Notes under the pieces: generated by a model
The model's input: the letters and a program-made list of their open reading frames with translations, nothing else
The model's database searches: none
What the model was told of the DNA's origin: nothing
Made by a program: the position numbers and the translations under genes
Assembly (NCBI GenBank): GCA_964016885.1
Contig: OZ024763.1
Span: forward strand, 28,582,001-28,646,000
From: Eledone cirrhosa
Taxonomy: Eukaryota
Reading direction: 5' to 3'
Length of the DNA stretch: 64,000 nt
In this document: positions 42,801 to 57,204 of the stretch, piece after piece
Numbering within the stretch: the stretch's first letter is position 1
How the letters are laid out: every line of letters begins with the position of its first letter

Positions 42801-44521
42801 TTTAAATGAATGTAAAATCATACCCGGACCCACTAGAAAGGTGTTAAATCTAGCTTCATGGGTTTCTGTAAATCCTTAGACAGTACTCTATCAGCTCACA
42901 TATAAATATAAAAGCCTACTAGAATAAGTGGAACGGAGTTTACGTTGTCAACGAGTTTTATCCTGGCGGCAAAGGAGTCAACTAGCGGTGAAAAACGCAC
43001 ATGGCATTAGACAAGGGAGATGACCCCTATATCCGCGAAAACAATTCGAGTGAATGTGGAAATACACATATCGAATTAGAGTGCTCAATAGACATGTTAA
43101 AATAAAACAAAAGCTATTCATCACTCAATAGAATCGACAAAAAATGAGCAATAAAATTAACGGGTGGATAGCTATGTCCAGAGCTAAATATATTAGAAAG
43201 ATCGAGTATCGAAAAATCGGCGCACGAGTTCACGAAAAACGAAATTCGATATGAGCGGCAGAGGGCTCAATAATTCAGATGAATCAGAGCTATAACTATC
43301 GTTAAAATACCGTCACATATAGAACAAGTCTACAATCAACCATACGATTTAAAATCGATAAAGGAAGATTCGGGCCAAACAGATAAAAAATATCAATAAA
43401 ACAATACGTCAATAATTTAAATGAATGTAAAATCATACCCGGACCCACTAGAAAGGTGTTAAATCTAGCTTCATGGGTTTCTGTAAATCCTTAGACAGTA
43501 CTCTATCAGCTCACATATAAATATAAAAGCCTACTAGAATAAGTGGAACGGAGTTTACGTTGTCAACGAGTTTTATCCTGGCGGCAAAGGAGTCAACTAG
43601 CGGTGAAAAACGCACATGGCATTAGACAAGGGAGATGACCCCTATATCCGCGAAAACAATTCGAGTGAATGTGGAAATACACATATCGAATTAGAGTGCT
43701 CAATAGACATGTTAAAATAAAACAAAAGCTATTCATCACTCAATAGAATCGACAAAAAATGAGCAATAAAATTAACGGGTGGATAGCTATGTCCAGAGCT
43801 AAATATATTAGAAAGATCGAGTATCGAAAAATCGGCGCACGAGTTCACGAAAAACGAAATTCGATATGAGCGGCAGAGGGCTCAATAATTCAGATGAATC
43901 AGAGCTATAACTATCGTTAAAATACCGTCACATATAGAACAAGTCTACAATCAACCATACGATTTAAAATCGATAAAGGAAGATTCGGGCCAAACAGATA
44001 AAAAATATCAATAAAACAATACGTCAATAATTTAAATGAATGTAAAATCATACCCGGACCCACTAGAAAGGTGTTAAATCTAGCTTCATGGGTTTCTGTA
44101 AATCCTTAGACAGTACTCTATCAGCTCACATATAAATATAAAAGCCTACTAGAATAAGTGGAACGGAGTTTACGTTGTCAACGAGTTTTATCCTGGCGGC
44201 AAAGGAGTCAACTAGCGGTGAAAAACGCACATGGCATTAGACAAGGGAGATGACCCCTATATCCGCGAAAACAATTCGAGTGAATGTGGAAATACACATA
44301 TCGAATTAGAGTGCTCAATAGACATGTTAAAATAAAACAAAAGCTATTCATCACTCAATAGAATCGACAAAAAATGAGCAATAAAATTAACGGGTGGATA
44401 GCTATGTCCAGAGCTAAATATATTAGAAAGATCGAGTATCGAAAAATCGGCGCACGAGTTCACGAAAAACGAAATTCGATATGAGCGGCAGAGGGCTCAA
44501 TAATTCAGATGAATCAGAGCT

Positions 44522-44524
<3 letters not shown>
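36893..44524. repeat. 615-bp tandem array, 12 full units plus ~254 bp
   Basis: Unit starts at 36893, 37508, 38123, 38737, 39351, 39966, 40581, 41196, 41811, 42426, 43041, 43656 and 44271; only a few diagnostic differences. Confidence 0.98.
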
Positions 44525-44575
<51 letters not shown>

Positions 44576-44633
44576 TTATATTTATTTATATATATACACA
44601 TATCTGTGTATTAGACACACACACACACACACG

Positions 44634-44682
<49 letters not shown>

Positions 44683-45051
44683 ACATACATGTGTGAGTCT
44701 TTACACTTACGTACATGTCATCGATGTTAGACATTTAGATATCTAGATAATATAATACTACCCTTCATATACCCATATACTCGTAAACCCAGATATCTCA
44801 CACAGACACTCACCCCTATTTCTCAAGACCCTTTGTCTTTCTCTAACCACTGTCTCTCATTTTGGTCTACCTGTCAGTCATACTCCTGTCCAACAAATAA
44901 CTACCCTCCAATGTTAGCCATCAACATCAATTGCCAATCAATCTTAATATACCCCACTGTCAATCATCTACAAAAAATAATATATGGACGACATTTTTTT
45001 TTTTCTTTTCATTTCTTTCGTCGTTTGGAGATTTTCTCGTCGTGTGGGGAT

Positions 45052-45870
<819 letters not shown>

Positions 45871-46160
45871 CATGGGAATGCTCATTTAAATGTTTATATA
45901 TTGCAGAGTATTATGTGTTACAGTGTTATCCCGCGTTTAAATTTAAATGTATTTATATAATACACAGGATATGGGTGAGATCTTAAGAAATTTGGTACGC
46001 TATAGCCATGTAATATACCGTCGGTGTATATATATATATAACAAAACAATATATGCATATATATATTTATATATATATATACATATATATATATAATCGT
46101 ATAAGCACCACACACGTTTAGATATGCATGTGGGGTTGTGTATTCGTATATGTATATGTA

Positions 46161-46205
<45 letters not shown>

Positions 46206-46466
46206 GTGCGTGTGCATGTGAGTATATATATATATATATATATACACATACATACATACATGCGTATATGTACAAAACTGAATCTGTTTCTAAAAATTAA
46301 TGACTTATTTTCACCTTGTTTAGTATCGTCTGACTGGAAATGGCTGCCGGCAATTTAGCCAGGTTCTGAGAGAAAAATATTTATTCCAAATTGTATCCAG
46401 AGGGTCAGAATATTTGTCTTTGAATTCTTCCAGTGAATATTTTTCATCTTATTATTATTTTACCAG

Positions 46467-46505
<39 letters not shown>

Positions 46506-46658
46506 TTTCTCTGGTTTCGTTTTTCGGTTGGTTATATTTTTTGGATAATTTTGGAAATGTTTTTAAGAGCTTTTTTTTTTGTTTTCCATGTTTCGTTATG
46601 TGATGTGTCTTAATAATTTTACGGTGAAGAGAAAAGAGAAAAATGTATTTTTGGCTGT

Positions 46659-46714
<56 letters not shown>

Positions 46715-46731
46715 GCGTGTGTATGTATTGA

Positions 46732-46804
<73 letters not shown>

Positions 46805-47291
46805 ATGTATATCTATGTTTTTGTGTGTATGTATATATATATGTGTGACTATGTATGTATATATGTCTGTGTGTGTATGTATATGTATATGTATTTGTAT
46901 ATGTATGTGTATATTTATAGGAATTTGTCTGTTAACACTATTGAAGTATTTGAAGCGTTTGATGGTTTTTTAAAAAATATTATTTTATTTAATTTTGTAT
47001 TGTTTTGTTTTTATTTCAAAAAACTTTATTTGGGAATTAGTTCTTTGGCGGACATTTTGTATGTATATATATAATATGTAAATGCATGTAAAATACAGGA
47101 TGTGTATATATATATATATATGTGTGTGCTGGCGTATCTGTGTGCATATGAGTGTATGAATATATTAGCATGGGCATATATGTATGTCTGTTTTTATATA
47201 TGCCATGATGCACACACACACGCACGCACACACACACACACAGCACACACACACAATACACTCACATATAAACACACAGATACATCCCTCA

Positions 47292-47346
<55 letters not shown>

Positions 47347-47358
47347 TATAAATGAGTG

Positions 47359-47422
<64 letters not shown>

Positions 47423-47562
47423 AATGAGTGTATATGTATATATATATATATGTATGTATATATATACGTATATATATATATATATATATGTGTATATATA
47501 TATGTATATATATAAGGGGGCATATATATATGTAAATATATATATGTATATATATATATGTG

Positions 47563-47601
<39 letters not shown>

Positions 47602-47604
47602 GTG

Positions 47605-47659
<55 letters not shown>

Positions 47660-47662
47660 GTG

Positions 47663-47713
<51 letters not shown>

Positions 47714-47791
47714 GTATATATATGTATACATACATATATATGTATATATATATACATATACATATATATATATATGTATATATATATATAC

Positions 47792-47824
<33 letters not shown>

Positions 47825-48082
47825 CATATATATATACACACACATACACACATATATATATAACTATATATTTGTGTGTGCGTATGTGAACGTGAATACA
47901 TGTAAACATGTATGTGTGTGTGTGTGAACCTATGTGCGTGTGTGTGTGTGTAAATTCGCTTTAATGGAAATTCCTTTGGTTATAAACAGGATAATTTCCA
48001 TTGAAATTGATTGGTTCCACTAATGAGATTTGAAACCTAAACAAGAGAAACGGCGAACTCTCAAAATGGCGTCGTCATATTT

Positions 48083-48545
48083 ATTGTTGTAGTTGTTGTT
48101 GTGGTGGTGGTTTTGGGGGTTGTTGTTGTGGTGGTGTTGGTGTTGGGGTGGTGGGTGTTGTTGTTGTTGTAGTTGTTGTGGTGTTGGGTTGCTGTTGTTG
48201 TTGTTGTGTTGGTGGTGGTGTTGGGGGTTGTTGTTGTTCTTGTTGTGGTGGTGGTGGTGGTGTTGGGGCTTGTTGTTGTTGTGGTGGTGTCGGTGGTGGT
48301 ATTGGGGGTTGCTGTTGTTTTGTGGTGTTGGTGGTGGTGTGGTGGTGCGTGTTGTCGTTGTTGTAGTTGTTGTGGTGGTGGTGGTGTTGTTGGGGGTTGT
48401 TGTTGTTGGTGGTGGTGATGTTGGGGCTTGTTGTTGTTGTGGTGGTGTAGGTGTTGGTGTGGTGGTGGGGGTTGTTGTTGTTGTAGTTGTTGTGGTGGTG
48501 GTGTTGGTGGTGGTGTTGGGGGTTGTAGTTGTTGTTGTTGTTGTT
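48083..48545. repeat. GTT/GGT low-complexity tract
   Basis: Direct reading. Confidence 0.85.
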
Positions 48546-48677
48546 TCTTTCCGTTTTTTTTTACTTTCCATAAAAATAAATATGGCTACGGAATGTTACT
48601 GTCGGTCTGTGTGAGATTGTGTCTATATATGTATGTGACTGTATGTATAAATATATATAGAGAGAGACAGATATATG

Positions 48678-48735
<58 letters not shown>

Positions 48736-48824
48736 GTCAAAAATTGAACGGAAACAAAACAGAGAGGCAGTACGAACAAAGGTTTATTAGTTTCACGCTC
48801 TTGAGAGTGGGGTGGTGGTATATA

Positions 48825-48860
<36 letters not shown>

Positions 48861-48914
48861 TGTATGTATGTATGTATGTATGTATGTATGTATGTATGTA
48901 TATAGATAGATGGA

Positions 48915-48970
<56 letters not shown>

Positions 48971-49233
48971 TAAAAAGGAAAAAAAAATGCTGACAAATTT
49001 TTCCAAATGAAAAATAGTCTAATTAGGAATAAGTATAAGTATAAATTCAGTTTTGGTTTTAAGTTTTTACCGGTTGCGCATTTCTTATGCTTTTCAAAAA
49101 TAATTTTGGGATAGAGGGCTCGTGATTTTTGCTCATGTAGGTATATGTTTATATATCTATCTATATTTATGTAGCGTTGTATGTAAGTATGAATATAAAT
49201 ATATATATGTGTGTGTGTTTGTGTACATATGTG

Positions 49234-49276
<43 letters not shown>

Positions 49277-49360
49277 TAAAAACAGAAAGAAGGCAGAACG
49301 TTGTGCAAATTTGGAATATTAGTTTAACAATCATATATATATATATCTATATATATCTAT

Positions 49361-49922
49361 CTAAGGCGGGTAAAATTCCCGAGATCCATGGACGAGTTCT
49401 CTCCAGCGGTCTCTGTCCCTCATTATCGCTGCCATATCCTGCATCTCCAACAGACCAGTGTCTGTCCTTAGGGCATCAACATAAGTTAACCTTGGTCTTC
49501 CTCTTCTAGTGTGTCCATGTAGGGACTCCCAAAGGAGCACTGAGTGCAATGTCAACTCTGGATGTCGGTGAGCATGTCCAGCCAACCTCAGTCTCCTCTG
49601 TGTCACTTTTGAGCTGACTATTGGGATGTTCCCATACAGCTCTGAGTTTTTCATCCTCAGTGTATACTGATTAATGTTCAGAGCCATCCTCAGCATTCTC
49701 GTGTAGCACCCATCCACCATCTGAGTGAGTCTCTTGGTCAGTGTCCAAGTCTCAGACCCATACAGCAGCACAGACTCCACCACAGCAATGAAGAGGCGGA
49801 TTTTCAGGTCTCTACGAAGGTCCGACTTCCACACCGACCTCAAGCTGTGACACGCCGCCCAGGCCTTTCTCTTCCTCTCAACCACATCATCTTCCGTATT
49901 CTCAATCTTTGCTCCCAAATAC
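49361..49922 (-). mobile_element. RTE LINE 3' fragment, same family as 32567
   Basis: YLGAKI...REFYPP*, near-identical to the 32567 copy. Confidence 0.92.
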
Positions 49923-49966
49923 ATATATACAGGGTGTATATATGTATTTGCTCCCAAATATATATA

Positions 49967-50051
49967 CAGGGTGTCCTAAAAACATGTATACACACTTTAA
50001 TAGCATTCTAATAAATATTGCCTGTACAGGAACATTTTTTGGGAAGCCCTG
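49967..50051. mobile_element. Tc1/mariner-type MITE
   Basis: ta-cagggtgtcc...gggaagccctg-ta. Confidence 0.6.
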
Positions 50052-50110
50052 TATATATATTTGTATGTTTGCGTATGTGTATATATATAACATATATATA
50101 TATATATACG

Positions 50111-50152
<42 letters not shown>

Positions 50153-50174
50153 CGTATATATATATATATATATA

Positions 50175-50425
50175 TCAACTTGACCGACCAGACCGTCGGG
50201 CGCCATTCGGTGCCGCTGGTCACAGCACGTCGTGCTGTTTTAGCCATAAGATAACGCCATCCCACTGGCTGGGCGGGCAAGCTGGTACTCATTTCTACAG
50301 CTGAGTAAACTGGAGCAACGTGAAATAAACAACAAGGAAAACAACACATCACCCAGTCCGAGTATTGAACACACAACCTTTCGATTTCAAGCACAATGCT
50401 GTAACCACTAGGTCATGCGCCTTCA
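50175..50425 (-). mobile_element. SINE family 2
   Basis: Reverse complement of 16478-16735. Confidence 0.85.
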
Positions 50426-50430
50426 TATAT

Positions 50431-50680
<250 letters not shown>

Positions 50681-51113
50681 AAGTGTATCTATGTATATAT
50701 ATGTATGTATGTATGTTTACGAATATGCATGTATGTATGTATGTATATATATATATATGTCTGTATGTATATAGAGAATTAGCAATGTCTTTAGATGTTC
50801 TGATAAAATGCCTCACAGTCTTGTTCCGACTCTCTGAACTGTGAGTTCAAATCCCAGTGAGGTAGTTTGTCTTTTATGTTTTCTATGGAATGTAACCATT
50901 CCCCTACTGGGGTCAATTTTACCTCCATAAAACTTTGTCAATTCTACCCTTTTCACTCTCTCTCTCTTTATTTCTCTCTTTCTGTCCCTCTATCTCTCTC
51001 TGTCTCTGTCACTCATTCTCTCTCTCTGGGCTCCACCAGGGTTAAGGTACCCAAGAAATACCATATATGGCGATTGTGCCCATGCGACTCAACAAAGTGT
51101 TAAGGTTCATATA

Positions 51114-51157
<44 letters not shown>

Positions 51158-51311
51158 GTTATGTAATAAACAATGTAAAAAACTATTAAACTCTGTTACC
51201 TACATAGAGCACTCTTTTTTCCTGGACTTTTCCGACGGAATTACTTCATTCACACATATATATATTTATATATATATTCATATATATATATAGACATACG
51301 TACATACATGC

Positions 51312-51406
<95 letters not shown>

Positions 51407-51623
51407 AGGTAAAATGAAATAACGAAGCTAACTACACATTACCTGGGTGTGTGTTTCTTTTAACAGAGATAGATAGATAAAAAGAGTGGGGGGAGAGGGG
51501 GAGAGTGATAAAATTGTGCGTGTGTGTGTGTATGTTTGTGTGTTAGACTACCAGTATCTGTTAACGATTTGTGTATATACATGTCTGTCGTGAAGTGTGT
51601 GTATATATGTGCATGGATTTACG

Positions 51624-51660
<37 letters not shown>

Positions 51661-51667
51661 CTATATG

Positions 51668-51737
<70 letters not shown>

Positions 51738-51986
51738 TATGTATGTATGTATACATATATATGTATGTATATATATGTATGTATGTATACATATATATGT
51801 GTATATATATGTATGTATGTATACATATATATGTATATGTATATATGTATATATGTATATATATATATATGTATATATATAAATGTATATGTGTATATGT
51901 ATATGTATATATGTATATATATAAATGTATATGTATACATGTATATGTATATATATACATGTATATGTATATATGTATATGTATAC

Positions 51987-52021
<35 letters not shown>

Positions 52022-52084
52022 TATATAAGTGTATATATGTATATGTATACATATATATATATATATGTCTATATATATATATAC

Positions 52085-52128
<44 letters not shown>

Positions 52129-52174
52129 CTTATATATATATATACTTATATATATATATATATATATATATACT

Positions 52175-52245
<71 letters not shown>

Positions 52246-52807
52246 ACATGTATATGCATATATATATATGCATATATGTGTTATATCTCTATATATACAT
52301 ATATATATATGCATATATATGTGTCTATATATCTGTATATATAGGTATATGTATGTATATGGATAAAAATGCTTGCAGAAATAGTGATATATTACTTTCT
52401 TGTATTGAAGGGAGGTAATTTGCCACCAATGACTGGCGGCAAATAATCTGTACAGGTATGGGGTCTAGTGAGGTGGAGTGTGGTGTAAGGTCGAAAGATT
52501 ACTCCTTGTTGTTTATTAATATTGGATTGAGGTAATAAATATTCCATATTTATACATATTGGTATATATATATATATCAATATATATATATATATATATA
52601 TATAGGCTTGCTCGCTCTATTGTGTATATATATACATATATGTGTGTGTGTGTGTAAGTATATATATATATTTATATGTATATAATGTGTGTGTGTGTAT
52701 ATATATATATATATAATGTGTGTGTGTATGTGTGTGCATGTATATATGTATATATATTTATATGTATATAATGTGTGTATGTATATATCTATAATTATAT
52801 GTATAAA

Positions 52808-52896
<89 letters not shown>

Positions 52897-53187
52897 ATAA
52901 TATATATATAATATATATATATATGTAGAGAGAGAGGGAGATTTTATATGTTTGTTTATATGTGAATCTATCCCGACCCCCACACACACACACTCTCTCT
53001 CTCTCTCTCGTCTCTCTCAATATATATATCTACTCTTTCATTAAAAGTAATAATTATGTAATATAAAGCAATATTAAGTTTGATAATTATAAGTATATAA
53101 AATATTATCAATATTATAAAATATTAATATAATAATTATAATCAAGTTGAAACCGGTGACTATAGAAGCATTTAAATAATGTGGATA

Positions 53188-53220
<33 letters not shown>

Positions 53221-53443
53221 GTGTGTGGGTATAAACATTCAAATATTGTGGTTATTTATTTACATATGCATAGATTTATATATATATATATTTAAATGTA
53301 TATATATATATATATATATATTTAAATGTATAACCACAATATTTGAATTCCTATATACACACACACACACACACATATATATGTATATACATATACACTC
53401 ATATATATATTATATAATTTTATCTTTATGATTGTTCTATATT

Positions 53444-53484
<41 letters not shown>

Positions 53485-53499
53485 GTGTGTGTACATATA

Positions 53500-53530
<31 letters not shown>

Positions 53531-53544
53531 GTTCTCTTTTTCGC

Positions 53545-53591
<47 letters not shown>

Positions 53592-53593
<2 letters not shown>

Positions 53594-53815
53594 TCTACTA
53601 TAGTACTATAGTCACAAGGCCAGCAATTTTGGGGGAGGGGAAAATCGATTAATTCGAGCTCAGTGCATTACTGGTACTTTATTTTACCAACCCCTTAAGG
53701 ATGAAAGGCAAAGCTATCCCCTGCTGGATTTGAAATCAGAACTTAAAGGGCCATAACTGTATGCCGCAAAGCAGGTTGTCCGACGCTCTACCGATACTGC
53801 CAATCCACTGCCCTT
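53592..53815 (-). mobile_element. SINE family 1
   Basis: Reverse-complement head and core. Confidence 0.8.
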
Positions 53816-53919
53816 GAGATAGTAAGATATATTAAAAGAAGGATAGAAATAGATCGATATTGATATATTATAAATAGAAATTGTGAATTTTACTGCATTG
53901 GGTAAATAATTCATGAAAA

Positions 53920-56180
53920 AACAACAACACCAACAACAACAATCTTAACAACAATAACAACAACAGTAACAACATCAACAATAACAAGAATGAAAACAAC
54001 GTCAGCAGTCACTAACAACAACAACAACAACAACAGCAGCAGCATTAGCAGAGAGTACCAACAATAACAACAAAGACAACAATAATGACAATAACATTAG
54101 CAACAATAACAACAACAACCTTGGCAACAACAACAACAGCAACGTGAAAGACAATAACAATAGCAACAGCAACATCAGCAGAGACACCAAACAATATCAA
54201 CAACAACAACAAGAGTAGCAATAACAACAACAACAACACTAGTAGAGAGACCACTACCACCACAATACCACACCACCACCACGAACACTACAACCACAGC
54301 ATTACCAGAACCACCACCACAACGCCACCACCACCACCACAACACCAACACCACCACCACCACCACACCACCACCACCGCAAAACCACCACCACCTCCAC
54401 CACAACACCACCACCACCTCCACCACAACACCACCACCACCACACCAGCACCACAACCACAACACCACCAGCACCACATTAATACAACCACTACCACAAC
54501 CACCAAAACACTAATACAAACCACCACCACCACAACACCAGCAAAACCACCACAACCACCACTACAATCACGACACCACCACCACCAATACTACCACCAC
54601 AGCATTACCAGAACCACCACTACAATAACGCTACCACCACAACACCACCAGCACCACAACCATCACCAGCACCACAACTATCACCACAACACTACCACAA
54701 CATCACCAACACATGTACAACAACCACCACACCACCACCACCACCGCCACAACACTAACGCAACCACAACACCCCACCACCACCAACAACAACAACACCA
54801 CAACACTACTACAACAACAGCTAAACACCACACAGCTACCACCACAACAACACTAACACCACACCACCACTACCACAACAACACTACCACCACACCACCA
54901 CCACCACCACAACACTAACACAACCACCCCACCCCACCACCACCAACAACAACAACACCACAACACTACTGCAACAACAGCTAAACCACCACAACAACAC
55001 TACCACCAAACCACCACCACCAAACCACCACCGCCACCACCACCACCACCACCAACAACAACAACACCACAACACTACTACAACAACAGCTAAACCCACA
55101 CAGCTACCACCACAACAACACTAACACCACACCACCACTACCACAACACCACTACCACCACACCACCACCACCACCACAACACTAACACAACCACAACAC
55201 CCCACCACCACCAACAACAACACCACAACACTACTACAACAACAGCTAAACCCACAGCTACCACCAAAACACCACCACCACCACCACCACAACACCCCAC
55301 CACCACCACCACTACCACCACCACAACACTACTACAACAACAGCTAAACCCACACAGCTACCACCACCACAACACTACCACCAAACCACCACCACCACCA
55401 CAAGACCCCCCCCACCACCACCACCACCACCACCACAACACTACTACAACAACAGCTAAACCCACACAGCTACCACCACCACAACACTACCACCAAACCA
55501 CCACCACCACCACAAGACCCCACCACCACCACCACCACCACCACCACCACAACACTACTACAACAACAGCTAAACCCACACAGCTACCACCACCACAACA
55601 CTACCACCTAATCACCACCACCACAACACTACTACAACAACAGCTAAACCCACACAGCTACCACCACCACAACACTACCACCAAACCACCACCACCACCA
55701 CAAGACCCCCCCACCACCACCACCACCACCACCACCACAACACTACTACAACAACAGCTAAACCCACACAGCTACCACCACCACAACACTACCACCAAAC
55801 CACCACCACCACCACAAGACCCCCCCACCACCACCACCACCACCACCACAACACTACTACAACAACAGCTAAACCCACACAGCTACCACCACCACAACAC
55901 TACCACCAAACCACCACCACCACCACAAGACCCCCCCCACCACCACCACCACCACCACCACAACACTACTACAACAACAGCTAAACCCACACAGCTACCA
56001 CCACCACAACACTACCACCAAACCACCACCACCACCACAAGACCCCACCACCACCACCACCACCACCACCACCACAACACTACTACAACAACAGCTAAAC
56101 CCACACAGCTACCACCACCACAACACTACCACCTAATCACCACCACCACAGCACTACTACAACAGCAACAGCTAAACCCA
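53920..56180. repeat. CAA/CAC tract grading into a ~115-120-bp minisatellite (about 55310-56180)
   Basis: Recurrent caacagctaaacccacacagctacc and caagacccc anchors. Confidence 0.85.
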
Positions 56181-56456
56181 ATTACTCCTATTTGCTAATG
56201 TTTATAATCTAATCAAGTTTTATAGTGTTATGTGTTTTATATCTGTTTTATAACTGTTTTATATCTGTTTTCTTTCGGTTTTATTTCTGTTCTTTTCGTT
56301 TCCTTTTTACAACACTTAAGAAATATATGGCCGGCGGCTAACTTCATTCTAACAGCTTCAATATATATCACATTTGTGTGTGTATATATGTATATATGTA
56401 TATATGTATATATATATAAATACATATATACATACATATATGTATATATATATGTA

Positions 56457-56507
<51 letters not shown>

Positions 56508-56638
56508 AAATATATATATATATATGTGTGTGTGTATATATATATGTGTATATATTTCTAGATTTATATGTGTGTATGTTTATGTATATATATATATGAA
56601 TATATGTTTGTATATATATATATATGTATATATATATG

Positions 56639-56669
<31 letters not shown>

Positions 56670-56808
56670 GTATTTATATGTATATATATATGTATATATA
56701 TATACATATATATATGTATTTATATGTATATATATATGTATATATATATACATATATGTATGTATTTATATGTATATATATATATATATGTATATATATA
56801 TACATATA

Positions 56809-56849
<41 letters not shown>

Positions 56850-56898
56850 TTATATGTATATATATATATATGTATATATATATACATATATATATATG

Positions 56899-56969
<71 letters not shown>

Positions 56970-56970
56970 G

Positions 56971-57030
<60 letters not shown>

Positions 57031-57066
57031 CATATATATATGTATATATATATACATATATATATG

Positions 57067-57112
<46 letters not shown>

Positions 57113-57136
57113 CATATATATATGTATATATATATG

Positions 57137-57167
<31 letters not shown>

Positions 57168-57204
57168 GTATATATATACATATATGTATATATATATATG
57201 TATA

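Noticed and set aside
36893-44524. Protein-coding or rRNA/snRNA tandem genes in the 615-bp unit
   Set aside because: No ORF of 60 aa or more in the track despite a unit length divisible by 3, and no rRNA, snRNA, twister or pistol consensus recognised by eye.
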